From Glaucostegus cemiculus (Eukaryota): DNA of 64,000 nt. Shown here in pieces: positions 63,697-64,000 of the stretch. The notes below the pieces were generated by a model, which was given only the letters and a program-made list of their open reading frames with translations, did not search any database and was not told the DNA's origin. Made by a program: the position numbers and the translations under genes. The stretch spans positions 11,160,001 to 11,224,000 of the forward strand of contig CDPCPM010000050.1 of NCBI GenBank assembly GCA_976551045.1. The letters run 5' to 3'. How positions within the stretch are numbered: position 1 is the stretch's first letter; each line of letters begins with the position of its first letter.

Positions 63697-64000
63697 GTAT
63701 AGTTGGGTGATTGAGTTCTTCATGCATTAAGTTGCAACACTGCTGTCCTTCAGTTGCGTTTTTACTGTTCTGAAGCTCCAATGAAGATCCAGTCATTCCA
63801 CATAACTATTGCACTATAATCACTTTCTGACTCACGTCATGGTTGTTCCATCCTGTTCTTGGCAGTCATTAAGCACAAAGCCAGTAGCATGTGCTTTTAC
63901 TCAGAAGTGCAGTCCAGTAAGATATCACTGAAGCAAAATAAAAATCCCAGACTTCCGAAGTGAAAGCAGGACAGGCAGCTCTGCAGAGAGAAGAATTAAT

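Overview
Vertebrate nuclear DNA, AT-rich and non-genic or deeply intronic, with two assembly gaps. The repeat content points to a cartilaginous fish, probably a ray or sawfish; this is an inference from V-domain HE1-like SINEs, Deu-domain SacSINE1-like SINEs, CR1/HER1-like LINEs and Penelope-like elements. No intact host protein-coding gene, tRNA or rRNA is recognisable, and the listed ORFs are either TE-derived or appear to be chance. The main contents are many decayed CR1, L2 and other LINE fragments, about nine V-SINEs, two Gypsy relics (a young LTR + tRNA-Trp PBS + frameshifted gag, and an old gag-pro-RT), one Penelope element with RT and GIY-YIG remnants plus several terminal fragments carrying decayed hammerhead-ribozyme cores, and two copies of a Harbinger-transposase-derived family. 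The most unusual structures are a ~290-bp fold-back with 94-bp arms at ~95% identity, a SINE with apparent twin-priming inversion geometry, an inverted local CR1 duplication, and a few candidate exons or conserved elements. I found no convincing new biological system. Repeat family names come from recognised motifs, not database searches, and most repeat boundaries are approximate.
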